Shown here one piece after another: positions 13,182 to 27,235 of a stretch of 64,000 bases of DNA. The notes beneath the pieces are model-generated. The model did no database searches. It was not told where the DNA came from and saw only the letters and a program-made list of their open reading frames with translations. The DNA comes from Psilocybe cubensis. Taxonomy: Eukaryota. A program made the translations under genes and the position numbers. The first letter of the stretch is position 1; each line of letters begins with the position of its first letter. The stretch lies in NCBI GenBank assembly GCA_017499595.2, contig CM039000.1, positions 1,736,001 to 1,800,000 on the forward strand. The letters run 5' to 3'.

Positions 13182-16100
13182 ATGGACTGGTCAGACCTAT
13201 CTACCTTGCCAAAAACGTCTGCTAATCATTATTCAGCCTTGAATTCAATATACACCAGCGAATATTGTCCGACATTGCTACCAATGACGAAGGAGACTTC
13301 GTTGAACAGGTTCTCTCAAGCAGAGTGCAGACGCGAGTAGATGCAGTAATACAGGAGGAGGAGAATAAGGACGACATTGAAGGCGTAGAACAAGGACAAA
13401 ACTATGAACGTGTTTATATGGTGTGTCTTCTACTTCTCCACTAATGCAATGCTCATTCCTTTAGTCTGCGAGGAGGGTGCAATGCAACATTGGGTTCGCG
13501 GACCTGGTTGTCAACTTTCCTGACTCACGCGTAAACACTTCACTGCATTCTGTTATGATGTCGCTCATCGATATCTTGCGAGATGTACCGTATATTGATT
13601 TCGACAAATCGTTGTCCTGGACGGGTTGGAGATCCGCGCTTGCTCTACGTATCTTGAACTCATACCTCGTTTCGCAGATTGGTCCCTACCCGACCAACTC
13701 GTATTTTCCACTATCTCAGCAATACTACGCCTTTCAAATGAGCATCGACAATATTGTGAACGTGCCACTGCAGCAATCTTCTTCTTCGTGTCTGTTTCAG
13801 TCCAAAAAATCCACAGCAGTTCATGTAAGCGGGATTACTGCTAATCTCGACTTGGTTGTTAACTGTATACTAGCTCTCGACGTTCTCACTCAGCTTATGC
13901 CAGCTCTGCACGGATTCTATCGTGCAATCAGTTCGACTTCGTATTGTTGGACACTTGCTCAATGGGAAACTCTCACCTTGCATTTGAAAGTCTTATGTTC
14001 TTCGAAAACCATAGAAAGGCTCAATCATCTTCTTGTTGATATTTTGCAACAAGAAAACGCAGACACCGAGACCCTTCGCCATATACAGACTTTTGTGACC
14101 CGCTACGTGGGGCAAGGCCGCCCACTGAGTGGTCATTTCATCGTGTGTTGTGTGTTGGAAACCGAGTGGACTGTGCTTGCTCAAGTGCTTGCTCCTTCTA
14201 CGAATAGTAGATCTGCGGTCGTTGAAGCGGCCGCTGCGAACAAGGCTTGGCTTTCCCTGACCAAAAATGCTGCACTTGAGCTGGATATAGAGTCAGAGCA
14301 GACTAAGGATGTACTTAAAAGCACCATCAAGTATGCTTTACAGTGCTTCAATGATCTTCTACTTCAAATAGAAGAAATGGAAGCAGCGCCCTCCGTGGAT
14401 ACTTGTGCATGGGAAACAGTTTCTGAAAGCCTGGTGAGTATTTGGTAGTGTCGAAGACAAGGTTTTGCAGAATTGATTTGACGTGTGCAGAAACTTGCAT
14501 CAATTTGTTGTTTGGCTCTACGAGAGATAGATGAGCAACTTTATAGCCGAATTCTACTCCTACTCAGCACCGATTCCCCTATCTCGGATAATCTTGCCCA
14601 AGAAGCGGCCCTTAAAGCAACAACTGTTCTCGTACGAAGGTATGGGTATAATTTCGATGATGGGGATGCTTCTTGTCCCTCAGCCCGAATAGTTTCCCAG
14701 ATATTGCACCAAACATGGTGGGACACCTGCGCCGCTTCGTGACTTCTCCTCTGCCACTTTTTGAATATGGTTTTCATTCGGAGAGTCGTGTTCCCCCTCC
14801 GCTATCTGCTGCTGCTAAATGCTTGGCATTGTGCATTAGAGTATGCGTTCATTTTTTTTTCTCCTGTGCTACAATGACTTGTATCTCAGCTCGCTCCCGG
14901 AGATGATTTAATCATGTCCAACATGTATTCACTTTTGAATTACATTGCTGCAACAAGCAAGGACATCTATGATTCTGCCAGTGTTCATAGCCACGGTTAT
15001 TCCCTCATTTCGCATGGGCAATCCAATCTACATTCTCTTGAATCAGGCTTGCGCGGCCTTTCGGAAGACGAGAAGAGATTGATTGGTATAAGCACAATAT
15101 CCGCTGTTACCAGGCTTGCTCTTGAATTCAAAATGGAAGAGGTTCGTCGAATACTTCTTCCATTCGGGTTTTTGTGCTAAGAACTCCAAAACGAGGTCAC
15201 ACGGCTTACCATCTCAATGTTGCTGCAACGGTTGCCTTCTGCTGAGCCCACTGTGGAGGCTGCCATTGCATATAATCTCGTCGACCTTGCTTTGGTTGCT
15301 CCCCTAAGTGCATTCAACGACATTGTCAAGGCATTTTCTACCATCAATCGTTCTGCAAACCCTGATGACCCGCGTTTCTCCAATAATATGGTATACTAAC
15401 TTTATATTTTGTATCTGATGTGTATATTGATTGATTGCATAGGTTCTAGCTGCTCAGACGCGTCTAGCTCAAGACCTTCATCAAAGACCAGAACTCTATG
15501 AAAGCTATCTCATCGAATTGTTGACCCTTTTTGCCGACAAAGGAGTTGCAATACAGAACTTGAAAATATTGAATCATCATGTCAAGGTATAACGCACAGA
15601 TGGGAGTTGCAACATTTTTAATACTTTGTTATAGATCGACGACATGGTGGAACAGTTAGCTTCTCTTCTTCTTCCTATCGATGCTCTTCTGGGACATCGG
15701 GACTTCAACCCCCACGAAAACCCTTCCAAAGAGGTTATGACTTTGTTCAGAAACACTTGGTTTCTTTGCATTCTTTTTGGTTTTACGACAGAAGATACCA
15801 GTGGTGCAAGCGCTATGGACTGGCTCAAGCCAGCACTTGCTCGTATCGCTATCAAAACTCCTTCAATGGTCGTTGAAGAATCACATGATGCAGTGGCAAG
15901 CGACGTTGAATATAACTCTGTCATCCGACAGGAATATTCCAACACTGTATGTCATCTTTTTCTTAATCGATACTGTGATTCATTTATATATTGATTTCAG
16001 GTGATATCAACGCACCGAGCTTGCTTGGCCGGGTACATATCATATCGGGCCAGCGACATTCGATATCTCTCCTCTGGTCAAGTTATATTTGTCTTGACAC

Positions 16101-19100
16101 TTCATGATATCGAAAGCATGCGATCGGCATTCGGATATCCATCATCTCTTGTCTCTTATTTCATTAATGACAGTCTTAACAGCCATCCCGGGTTAAGCGC
16201 TTGTATGGAGTCCTTGGCGGAGAAAGTAAGCCGTAATTGGGACTGGATTGCACTTATTGAATTCACGCTTGCACCAGGTTATACGGGACGCCATTATCGA
16301 TCTTAATTCCAAGGCCTCACAACAAGCGTTGCCTAAACATCTATCGACAGAGCTCCTTGCCTTGGTTGTTTTGAGCACCCACAGGATTGCAAAGGCCAGA
16401 GATATTGCGTCCAAATATCTTAATCGCCTTATCACCTCATTCCCTTCATTAATGTGTGATCCCACTTTAGTTTTTGCAATTTTAGAAGTTCTTACACTCC
16501 TCCAACGGTCATGCGAAAATGAATACATCGACGAGGTAATTCATTTTGTTATATGCATGAATATATTTTACCTGACAATTGGCGCTAGTACAACCCAACC
16601 TATGAATTCCACTCCGACAGAAGTGGGATAACTTTGCAGCTCACAGATAGCTACCAAGTTCGCAACGATATACTTGGACAGTTGCAGAGAAATGCCAACA
16701 CTTGGTTTGAACTGGCCTTGGGACGCGCCCCAATGGAACTACAATCCACACTGCAGGTATTTGGATTAATTTATACCCCACGGTATTGTAGTAATTCGCG
16801 CGCAGAAATATCTTGCTGTCAACCAGTCATTGGCTGGAATCAATTCAGCAGAATTAGGAGCCTCAATGGCGGAAAAATTCGGTAGAGCTATTGGTCCAGT
16901 GCATCGGCAGCTTCGTAAGTCGATAGCTTGCACTGTCATTCTCATGCTCAGCAAATTGTAGCATCGTTGTCGTCACTCTCACAATGGAAAATCGATGCCT
17001 CAAAAATTCTGTCCAGCCAAATTGCAATCAAGGGTTATTTTGCTGGAGAAGTGGCTGGTGTCCGATTGGCAAATCGGGAAGGTTGGAATTACTGCCACAA
17101 CAATTTCGAAATTGGGCTAATTATTCATGTTTTTTATACGCAGGTACCGATAAATTAGTTAATCCACCACCTCAAGATGCTCCACCTACCGAAATCAATG
17201 CACTCAAATCCAAACTACATAACACCCTTAAAGAAATCAAGGGAAAGAACAGCAAGTTAACAATCAATGATCTCAGAAGGCTTCTTTTCCGTTGCGCTGC
17301 TACTCTCATTGCTTTGGAAAAGGTACGGATTATTAATGTATTGGCTTGATATCGTTTTTGGAATTTTCTGACGATTACTCCAGAATGATTACGATCTAAT
17401 TCACTATCTGGCCAGATTACCTTTTGGTGTGGCTACGCCTTCTGCAATCGCCTCTGGCATTGATGTTTGGTCTTGGGTCATTGCCGAAAAATCTCAAGTA
17501 GAAGTGGCTTTAATGGGTGAAATTTTGTCTGCTTGGTCTGACACAATCCAGCTGCATAGCGGTTTGTTTTCGAAGTCTTTGAAGTAAGTCTCTTTGACAA
17601 TTTGGGTCGATGGAAATTGTGCTCAGATCCTTTTTCTAAGTTATGACGATCCTTTCTTCCATCCAATAAGCTATAGTCCTACCGACAAGGAAACCATTGA
17701 CCGTGGTCTTGCCCATGCGCGTAGGGTGCTTACACCACATGCACTTGTTTTGCAAATGTTGTTTAGCCGCCTTCAAGCAGCACGCTACCACAGACCTAGT
17801 GTCATGTTGATCATCCAACACTTGGTCCTACGTACATGCCGAGCTTACAAAAGTTTAAGGTGTGACACAGTTTTAATATACTGGAAAACAGACCAGTCTT
17901 ATAGCCATCAACAGCACGCATGCCCTTTCACGCGAAGCACGATTCTCGTTTCTTCTATTTGGGTTTGAAACGCTGAAAAGCTCCCATCTGGATGCTTATT
18001 GTGAAAACATTCTACGAGAGTGCCTTTATACAGTTGCCTTCTCGTGGTTTTCCGTGCGGCCTCAGTAAGGACCTTATATAAAGTTGAACTATAAAAATCG
18101 CTGATAGTTATGTAGATGGTCCTATGGGGCTAATCGAGTCCAAGTCGATGCGGATATAAAAGTACTATCTCAATTCCTCGCATACCTTCAGTCAGACTCC
18201 GTTAGAGGGGGTCTGACGATTTCGAGTTTATCGGTGTCACGATTTACATCCAGTTGTGCGTTCCTACCTACGATTTCTCACTCAATCTCATTATTGATTC
18301 CATATCTAGATTATGCAGAGCGAATGCGTATCTTTAATCTTCCATTGCGATTGTTGACTGAGAGTGAAATTTTCCGTTTGTCGGTTTGGGGTAACGCGAC
18401 CAATGATGCAAAAAAAGGTGGCGATATTATTGGAAATACAGAAAGAACTCTTTTGGATGTGAGCTGTTCGATCTGAATTTTGTAGCTCGCCTTCTAAAGA
18501 AGATTTTTTTTGCACTTTAGTCGTCCTGGGTCAGCATAGCGCGGACTGCTTGGCGAATCAACCCCGCCATTGCAGTGTACCTTGTGGAACGCTTCAAGAA
18601 TCCTATAGTTCGACACGAGGTTGGGAAATTGGTTCGCTCGAGTACAATTGATGTCCTTGAAGTTCCTGAGGCCCTCACATTTTTGCTTGGGGATAAACTC
18701 GACCCCAATGTCCGTAGAGATTTGAAAGTAAGTTTTCTAGAAGTTTTCTGTTCGTTGACTGTTTAAGCGTTCTTTTACAGCATCTGCTTCTGTGGTCTCC
18801 TGTTCCGCCAATTATCGCTAACACATTCTTTGAACGACGGTTCAATAGTGATCCTCTGGTATTGCAATATGCTCATCGAGTTTTGGCACAACATCCAGTC
18901 GAGCTCACCTTCTTCTTCATTCCACAAGTCGTTCAAGCTCTGCGTTATGATGATTTGGGTGCGTCATTTCTCAATTATTCAAATCTATTGTTGATTTGCT
19001 CCTAGGCTACGTGTCTCGTTTTATATTTGAGACTGCGAAGATTTCTCAGCTATTTTGTCATCAAATTATCTGGAATATGAAAGCAAATTGTTATAAAGAC

Positions 19101-20792
19101 GACGCGGCTGAGATTGTTCGCATAACAACAGTTGTTGTTGATTACGCACTAACTTCATTTTCTGCAGGAGGATCCAATGAAACCATTGCTTGACGCGATG
19201 ACAGAAAAGGTGGTTCTCTCTCTGTCTGGAGAAGCGAGGGCCTTCTACGACAGAGAGTTCTCGTTTTTTAATGAAGTCACTTCGATCTCTGGTAAACTAA
19301 AGCCTTACATCAAGAAGACCAAACCTGAAAAGAAGGTAGGTCTTCCTTGGTCTCTATTCAATACAAACTCAAATCGGTGTTTAGGCAAAAATTGACGAAG
19401 AGATGGCGAAGATTAATGTCGACGTCGGAGTATATTTACCGAGTAATCCAGACGGAATCGTGATTGATATTGATAAAAAATCCGGCAAGCCATTGCAAAG
19501 TCATGCCAAAGTGAGTTTCCCGTGATTCAAGTGCCAGAGCTTCATATATATACCTTGTTCATAGGCACCCTTCATGGCGACCTTTAAAGTCAGAAAGGAA
19601 CGTATCCAGATCAATAGTGATCCAGACTCACTCCTCAATGGCGAAGGTGGAGGCATTGAAACTCGCGCAGAATATGATGTCTGGCAACAAGCTATTTTCA
19701 AAGTCGGTGATGATTGTCGCCAAGATGTTCTTGCACTTCAGGTCATTGCCATGTTCAAGAATATCTTCACTAGCGTTGGGTTAACACTATATCTTTTCCC
19801 TTACCGTGTCACTGCGACGGCTCCTGGTGTAGGTCATATTCATGTCTAACGAGATAAATTCTGATCTAATCAACCGTAGTGTGGCGTTATTGATGTGGTT
19901 CCAAATGCTACCTCCAGAGATGAAATGGGCCGAGCAAAAGTCAATGATCTTCAAGATTTCTTTGTGGCGAAGTATGGCGGACAAGATACCACAAGTTTCC
20001 AAAAAGCTCGTCTCAACTTTATTCAATCAATGGCCGCCTACTCTGTTGCCTGTTATATATTGCAGATCAAAGACCGACACAATGGAAATATAATGATTGA
20101 CGGTGATGGGCATATTATTCATATTGGTCAGTGCTTATCTACGATTGGCAGCGCAGTTTTTGATGATATCTCCAGACTTCGGCTTCCTATTCGATATAGA
20201 TAAGTATTCTGGATTCCTCCATAGTGTTCTTGTACTTACCTACGGTGCTTCCTGCTTTCTTACGTCCTGGAGTATGTCCTTGAGATTCTCTTCGTGACTG
20301 CATTCTGATTCCCTTTTTAGGGCGTCAAATTCGAGCCTCATTCGTTCAAGCTTAACCATGAAATGGTAGTGCTAATGGGAGGGCGAGGCTCGCAAGGCTA
20401 TCAAATGTTCCAGAATTTAACAGTCAAAGCATTCTTAGCAATTCGACCTTTTGCAGAACAAATAATCAGCACTGTGCAATTAATGCTGGATACAGGACTT
20501 CCTTCATTTAAAGGAGAACCCACGATCAAACGTCTGAGAGATCGGTTTGCATTGCAATTAAACGAAAGACAGGCAGCCGAGTTTATGATGGGGATAATCC
20601 GCAACGCCCATGAAAACGTAAGAAGTACCGCTTATGACGAGTTTCAACGGGTAAGTAGCTTGTTATCACCAAGCTATGATTCACTGAAATCAACCTTTGT
20701 TTTCAAGCTTCAAAACGGTTCGTGTATCGAAACAGCGAACGATGTATGTGCCACTAACGTCTAGTTTCTTTCTAGGTATACCCTACAAATAG
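13182..20792 (+). CDS. STT4: Phosphatidylinositol 4-kinase type III alpha
   Basis: PIK helical region ([13 protein letters not shown]) and kinase motifs [34 protein letters not shown]; very many introns. Confidence 0.96.
20200..20263 (+). other. Non-canonical AT-AC intron (64 nt) in STT4, followed by an 8-nt microexon (20264-20271)
   Basis: Intron starts ATAAGT, has branch-like TACTTAC (20233-20239) and a pyrimidine tract, and ends TTAC. Removing it restores [17 protein letters not shown]. Confidence 0.8.
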
Positions 20793-21172
20793 GTCAATAC
20801 TCCTGTATTTTATTATCGCTCGCCTAATGCGACAGCATTTTGCTCAGTGCATATACTTTTCCACCCGTGTAAGTTGCCAACAGGTTGCCAATGCCGAATT
20901 GCAGGGAGGGGTATAGTAGCATTTTTGGTGCTACTGATCATAGAGATAGACGTGACATCAATCCCGAATGTTTCCAAGGCTGCGTTTGACCCAACTACTA
21001 CTCAGGCTGAGGAAATTAGTCTTATTTTGTGCCCAAATGTTCAGGTGTAGTTTCATCAATGCGATCATGTGACACGCGTTCATCCGTTATATACCTGATC
21101 ATATTGAATTATGTGGTCCCCGAGCTGTTTAACTTCGTATCCCAACAGTGCCAACGGAAGCCAGGTCAAATC

Positions 21173-24100
21173 ATGCAAGCTCAACAATCTAGAGCAGTGG
21201 CCCAGTCCATTACCCATAGTCAAAGCCTCGCAGCTGTGCAGACATTGCTTAGAGCAGGCCTCGGGTCTATAACATTTTTAAGGTTCCTCAAATTCGAGCT
21301 TCATTTTCGTAAATCACACTAATACGGTCCTGAAAATTCCCAGAAACTTACTTCCTGAAGAGAACTTCGCATCAAGTTCAGACCAGCAAACATCTGATAC
21401 TACCCCTCTTTCTTAACATTTCGTGCAGGTCATTTTACATCCATAGATGGATCGGATCAGGATTCCTCTGAGTGGGGTTTATCTCAGTCAGAAGGATCGT
21501 TCGATAGCGCCAGCTCCCGTAGAACGGTCAATAGCTTCAAGACTATGGTAAGCATTGATCATTTATCCGAATATTTATGCTTCAACCTCACCCACGTTAT
21601 GTATGCAGACCATCACGCGAGGTTACACAGATGAGGGCGACAAAATATTGAATTACTTGGTATATGCGTCTATTTAATCTTCTTTCATTATGTTTTATAC
21701 GTCCTCAGGAATATGGCGTTTTTGATGCCCTTGAAAAACGGTTTCTACGAAGTTTTATCTTCGCTATTTATCTGGTAGCTTTCTACATTACACTTCTGCC
21801 ATTCTGATTATCTCATGTTTTTCCATTTAGGATAATAAAGATCCCTGCAAGTAATATCCTTTTCCTTTTCTGCTATTGCAACAATTTTGATATTTCCCTG
21901 CCAGTATTGTTGAGGCTTATACGTTCAATTTTAAGGTGAGCCCGGTAACTACCCAATTCCTTAAATTGTAAAATGAACTCCCTTTTGTAGTATCTCTCAG
22001 TACCAGGAAGTGAAGTTCCCTTTCCTGTGATGAGTATGACAGATGCTATGAGTTCATCGACTCGAAGGAATGTCGAAGATCCGGTTACAAGAGCTATCAA
22101 GAATGGAAGAGCACCCACGTTGAAAGATGTGAAGAATAGCGTCAAGGTAATAAAGTCGCTTATTGGAGAAGTGTAACCTGTCTGAAATTCTCTGTGCTAC
22201 AGAGTATGTTGAAAACACTGATACAGGCTATGCATCATATGGACTTGTTGCCCAGTACGTTTCCACCAACCTCACTTTCGCAGGTGTTAATAGAATATTT
22301 AGAACGTCGCTTTGCAACATTTAAACTTTTTTATACTGAGGAAACACCCGCAGATTACGAACCTCCTAATTTTCAGGCTGGGGACGTAGATAAAGACAGA
22401 TGGTATTTTATGACCCACGACCTAGACGAGGTTCCTGAAAGATGCAGTATTGGGAAATTTGATGCAGGACACCATTTGTAAGCTGCATACAGCTATGACA
22501 TGGATGTGATACTGATCTACAATCAGGGTCAAGCTCAGCGTTACTTCTATCGCATCTTATCTACCCTCTTCTACAATTCATGATCATGCAACATTTTCTG
22601 GTATCACCTCTCAGCCAGGACACCAAGCCCTTTCAGCAGTGCAAGAAGCTGATTTACGCGAAAATGATGTCCACAAGCAGTTAGAAGATGCTGAGCAAAG
22701 AAACCTTCTATGGGCTGTAGAGGATCTGAGTGATCGAGATGCGGATGGAGAGGACGATACGGATTATATGCAGGACTCTAATGAACAATGCCTTCCGGTT
22801 GGTATCCGAAACATTAACGGAGAGATTGAAGCAATTCCAATGAATAAACGAACGGTCGAACAACACTTCAGTGGATTGATAGAAAACATTCCAAAGCGTT
22901 TGCATGAGATTGTGGGTGTTTTGGTATTCCGCGCTGATATATCACTGATCGGAATATACAACCTATTAGGTAGCGCAAGAAATACCCAAAGGCGCTCATT
23001 TGGACGAAACGCAGCCTCTGTTGGCTACTGGCGACTATAACACTGTTGACAACGGTACCCATATACGTATTTCATCAAAAACGACTTTTTGCTCACACCT
23101 CTATATATCTAGATACTGGTAGAGCTTTAAACTCGCGTTCACCGGAGCAACCGAGAAGCTCTCCCTTTTCTAATGCGCCCACAACACCTACGCCTCATGA
23201 CTTTGATCCAGAAATGCTGAAGAGCATGAGCATCGGAGGCCAGGATGACATCGAAATGTTAGGTTTGCCGTTTTCACAGTGGTATTCCCATTGAAGCTAT
23301 ACTTGCCGAATGATCGTCTCTTATTTAGATCTTGAAACGCAAGTGCGAGAGGAAACGTCTTCAGCACCTGACTTGTTTCCTCCTGAAGGATCCCAAGATA
23401 ACACGAATAATCATGAATCCGACGATAATGGGTTGGACTGTGATTGCGGAATTTCTGTAAGTTTCTGGTCAACGTCACCTGAGACCCCGCGTTAACATAC
23501 CCTTCAAAAATTTAGTTAGAAGATCTGTGCTGTTACTGTGAAGGAGGATGTAAAAAATGGTTCCATGTGTGGTCCGTGTATTTTTTTTTTGCATCCCTTT
23601 GTCCAATTAACCCTGCAATTCTTCCAGGTGTATGGGGTATGACATGGTTTGACCACATTCAGAGAAGATATACCTAAAGCGAATTACCTAGGTATCATTC
23701 CATCGACGATCCAAGAATGCCCACGAAGTTTGTATGCTTCGACTGTCGAATGCAGAAGGACATTACATGGGAGCTCATTAAGATTGAAATATACCCTCGC
23801 ATGCTGTCCAAGTTCAAGGAGCTTGCTCTTTTCAGGTAACCAGTCAACAATTCATAAACTAAAAAAGGCTTACAGTATGTGAAGGCGTGCTATAAAGGTC
23901 GCGCAAAAGGAACAAAAGTTTACTTCATTTCAGTTTTCTAAATCTTTCGGTTAGATTTTTTCCCTACTGTTGTCAGAGTATTAATGTGCTGGTCATTGGT
24001 AGCTCATGGTGACATGGAGTTAACTTCACAAATGCTGAAAAAACTGGAGGAAGACGGTACGCACTCACATGAAGGTCTACTGATAGCGCCACAATAATGT

Positions 24101-24670
24101 TTATAACAGAACTAGTCCTTCTTGAATCCACCTCATTGGACGACATGGGACTCACTATTACAAGTCACTCCAAAAAAGGAAAGAACAACAAGGGAAAGAG
24201 TGTTGGTAAACAACCCAGGCCTCGTAGAAACATGCAAAAAACGTTATATGTCTTCAACCGAAATGCGGTAACCAAATCCCAGTACCTAGACTGCTTCAAC
24301 CCAGACGACAAGGAGCTCGAACGACGCCTTCTTGGCGTCCCAGAATTGGTATCGTTCTTGTAGTCCATTTACTAACCATTTTTTAAAAATTTTACTCTAT
24401 CAGGTTGACCGAACCAAGAAAACAACTCAAAAACTTTTCGAAGGTCAAACTGCAGGTTTGGAAGGTGTTCATCAGCAAATGCGAGCTGAGTCAATCGATC
24501 GGCCGATCAATGATTCCAACGACACACAGACTCAGGATGAAACTCAACAGATTCAAAGCCGCGTGCAGAAGAGATCTGCGCCTCTCCGGGATGACACGAA
24601 TGACACGAATCCTGTCAGACCCAAGAAAATCAAAATGTCGTTGGCAGTTGGCGTTGATCTGGCGGAGTGA
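21173..24670 (+). CDS. HOP1: Meiotic HORMA-domain protein Hop1 (HORMA + PHD + winged helix + C-terminal closure-like motif)
   Basis: ITFLR|NLLPEENF, GVFDALEKRFLRSFIFAIY, VEAYTFNF, KLFYTEETPADYEPPNF; PHD CDCG...CYCEGGCKKWFHVWCMG...CFDC; tail RPKKIKMS. Confidence 0.92.
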
Positions 24671-25094
24671 ACATATTCAAGTCACGACGCAAAATTGACA
24701 AGGACATTTGCACATAGTCATAGCACAGACCATGGAGTAGGACGTTCTGCATAAAGTAACATCTCGAATAAATGGATTTGAACCAAAATATATATACCTT
24801 TGTCGTCTGCCAGCAAACCAGTGCGGTCGATTCTATCCACCTAAAAAGTTTTGTTAGGATGTATTATTTTTTGTTTACCCTTCATTCAATTCTCGTACCG
24901 ATTCATGTATATCCATTAGATTTTTGTTCAATGACAAGAGCACCGGTAAGCATGTCATCAGTCGAAGTTGGTGAAGATCTGAGCGTTGACCTATGTTTTA
25001 ACGATATCCGAAATGCCCGAAGCACTATATCAGGCACGTGCTCACGCTAGCTTTCTTGTGCTTCGTTCCGAAGTGTGAAGTTTGAGTGACCTAC

Positions 25095-27116
25095 ATGCAT
25101 GAATCGACATATCGTCTAGCTATTGTAATACGCGTTCTTATTGCTCTTTTTACAAGGACTTTCTTTCAACCAGATGAATATTTTCAATCTCTTGAACCGG
25201 CACACAACCTTGTTTTTGGCTACGGGCACCTAACATGGGAATGGACGGTACTTCGGCCCATTAGAAGCTTTATCTACCCCGCTATCAACGTTCCTGTCTA
25301 CTGGTTGTTAAAAGTCAGCGGTCTTGTCGAGGCGAGACTTGTAGGGGATTATTTTTTGGTCCGTTAAATTTTTCCTAGATTTGAAGAAACGCCCACTTAT
25401 ATGGAAAAACGCAGATTTTGTGTCCAAAGGTTCTCCACGGCTCCTTAGCAGCATGTACTGACATCTACATCGGAGATATTGCCCGTCGTACGCTAGGTAG
25501 CGACTATGAGACTACAGCTGTGAGATTCTATGCACAAGCATATTGCGATATTCTGATCTAATGCCTTTGCACCAGCGATTTGTATCGCTGACCTCCTTCT
25601 TTCATGCGATGGCATTGTCACGATCACTGTCAAATTCTTTGGAGACTTCACTATCAACAATAGCTTTTGCTTACTATCCTTGGGACGCCAACGCAAAACT
25701 GAGTCCGCATGTAATATTCCACAGGTCGGTCAAAATGTGTTTATAAATGAAGATTTTGAATATATTCGCATTAGATCGAATTTGAGAAAAATGATTCTCT
25801 TCAGTGCTTTTGCGTGTATGATACGTCCCACCAATGCTGTGATCTGGGTATTCCTCTTTCTCAACCTATTCTGGGCAATTCGTAAGCACAGGCGGATTGC
25901 CATTGCCATTGCAGAAGACGCAGCTATAATTGGGTTCGAAGTTCAAGTTTGATATCCCATATAATGTCAACTAACTTGCTTTAATTCAGAACAATTGCCC
26001 TAATGACTTTATTCATTTCGGATTTTTTGTATTACGGTACACCCACTTTTACACCGTACAATTTTCTCAAAACCAATCTGTCGTCTGTGTCCTTGTTCTA
26101 CGGAGGAAACCCATGGCACTTTTACTTAACTCAAGCCTTGCCTATTATTGGCACTACAACCCTTCCCTTTACGACTCACGGTATTTGGAGCACGTTCAGT
26201 TCTACGACATCTCGTGACTATTCTGCGAAAACTATGTTTCGTGCAATTACCTGGACCATCTTGATATATTCATTCGCAGGACACAAGGAATGGCGTTTCA
26301 TACACCCTATCCTACCACTGTTACATGTCTTTGCTGCAAAGTCGCTTGTTGACCTCTCCACCGACACCCGTATGTCTAGGAAGAAAAAAACAACACATTG
26401 GAAGTCTTTCATTTACCGACAATTCAAATTACCGAATATACATAAAAGATATATTGCATTTCTTCTTTTAACACTTCCACTTTCACTATACGTCATGCTT
26501 TTTTATTGCAGTGGCCCTATAGAGGTCATGCACTACATTCGCCAACTACCGCGACACGACCTTAATCAGACTACTATTGGCTTTTTGGTGCCATGTCATT
26601 CAACACCAGGCCAGTCTCACTTGCATCGACGGGATCTGGCTGGAGAAAGAATGTGGCAACTTGGCTGCGAACCTCCGTTACAGTAAGTACTTTCTTTCCA
26701 TATCAGAATGATATTCAACCGTCTTGCCTATCTACAGGCACCAAAATCTGGCTACATACAAGGACCAAACAGATGTCTTTTTTGACAATCCTAAGGAATA
26801 TCTGCTGACATATTTTCCAAGTCAAGTTGATCCATCGTTCCCATTGTCACCATTCCCTTCATCTATACCCGGACAACCTGCATCACTTCCTTACTTTTCA
26901 CAGAGATTCAACAAGTCAATATATCCTTGGAAACATGAATGGCCGCAATACTTGATTTTATTTGGAGATTTGTTGCAGCAAGATGGTGTCCAAGTCCTGT
27001 TAGAAGGTCAGGGGTACGGAGAAGTTTGGAAGGCTGGTCGTGAATGGGAGGGGGAGGGGAAACGGAAGGGAGCAGTGAGAGTGTGGAAATGGGCATCACC
27101 TCCGCAAACAAATTAA
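25095..27116 (+). CDS. GPI10: GPI mannosyltransferase 3 (GT22, PIG-B)
   Basis: TRTFFQPDEYFQSLEPAH, LTWEW, IRPTNA, HKEWRFIHP, PCHSTP, LGCEPP. Confidence 0.95.
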
Positions 27117-27235
27117 ACTTTATCCGTATAGTTGCACTATGCGTAACGCAAGTTCTTCGTATTTAATTTTTCTACATATAATAGTCCGTACTGTATTACT
27201 ACAACCTTACATATGATAACAAGGCAACTTAAAAG

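Noticed and set aside
20200-20263. U12-type (minor spliceosome) interpretation of the AT-AC intron
   Set aside because: The donor is ATAAGT rather than ATATCCT, and there is no TCCTTAAC branch box; it fits U2-type better.
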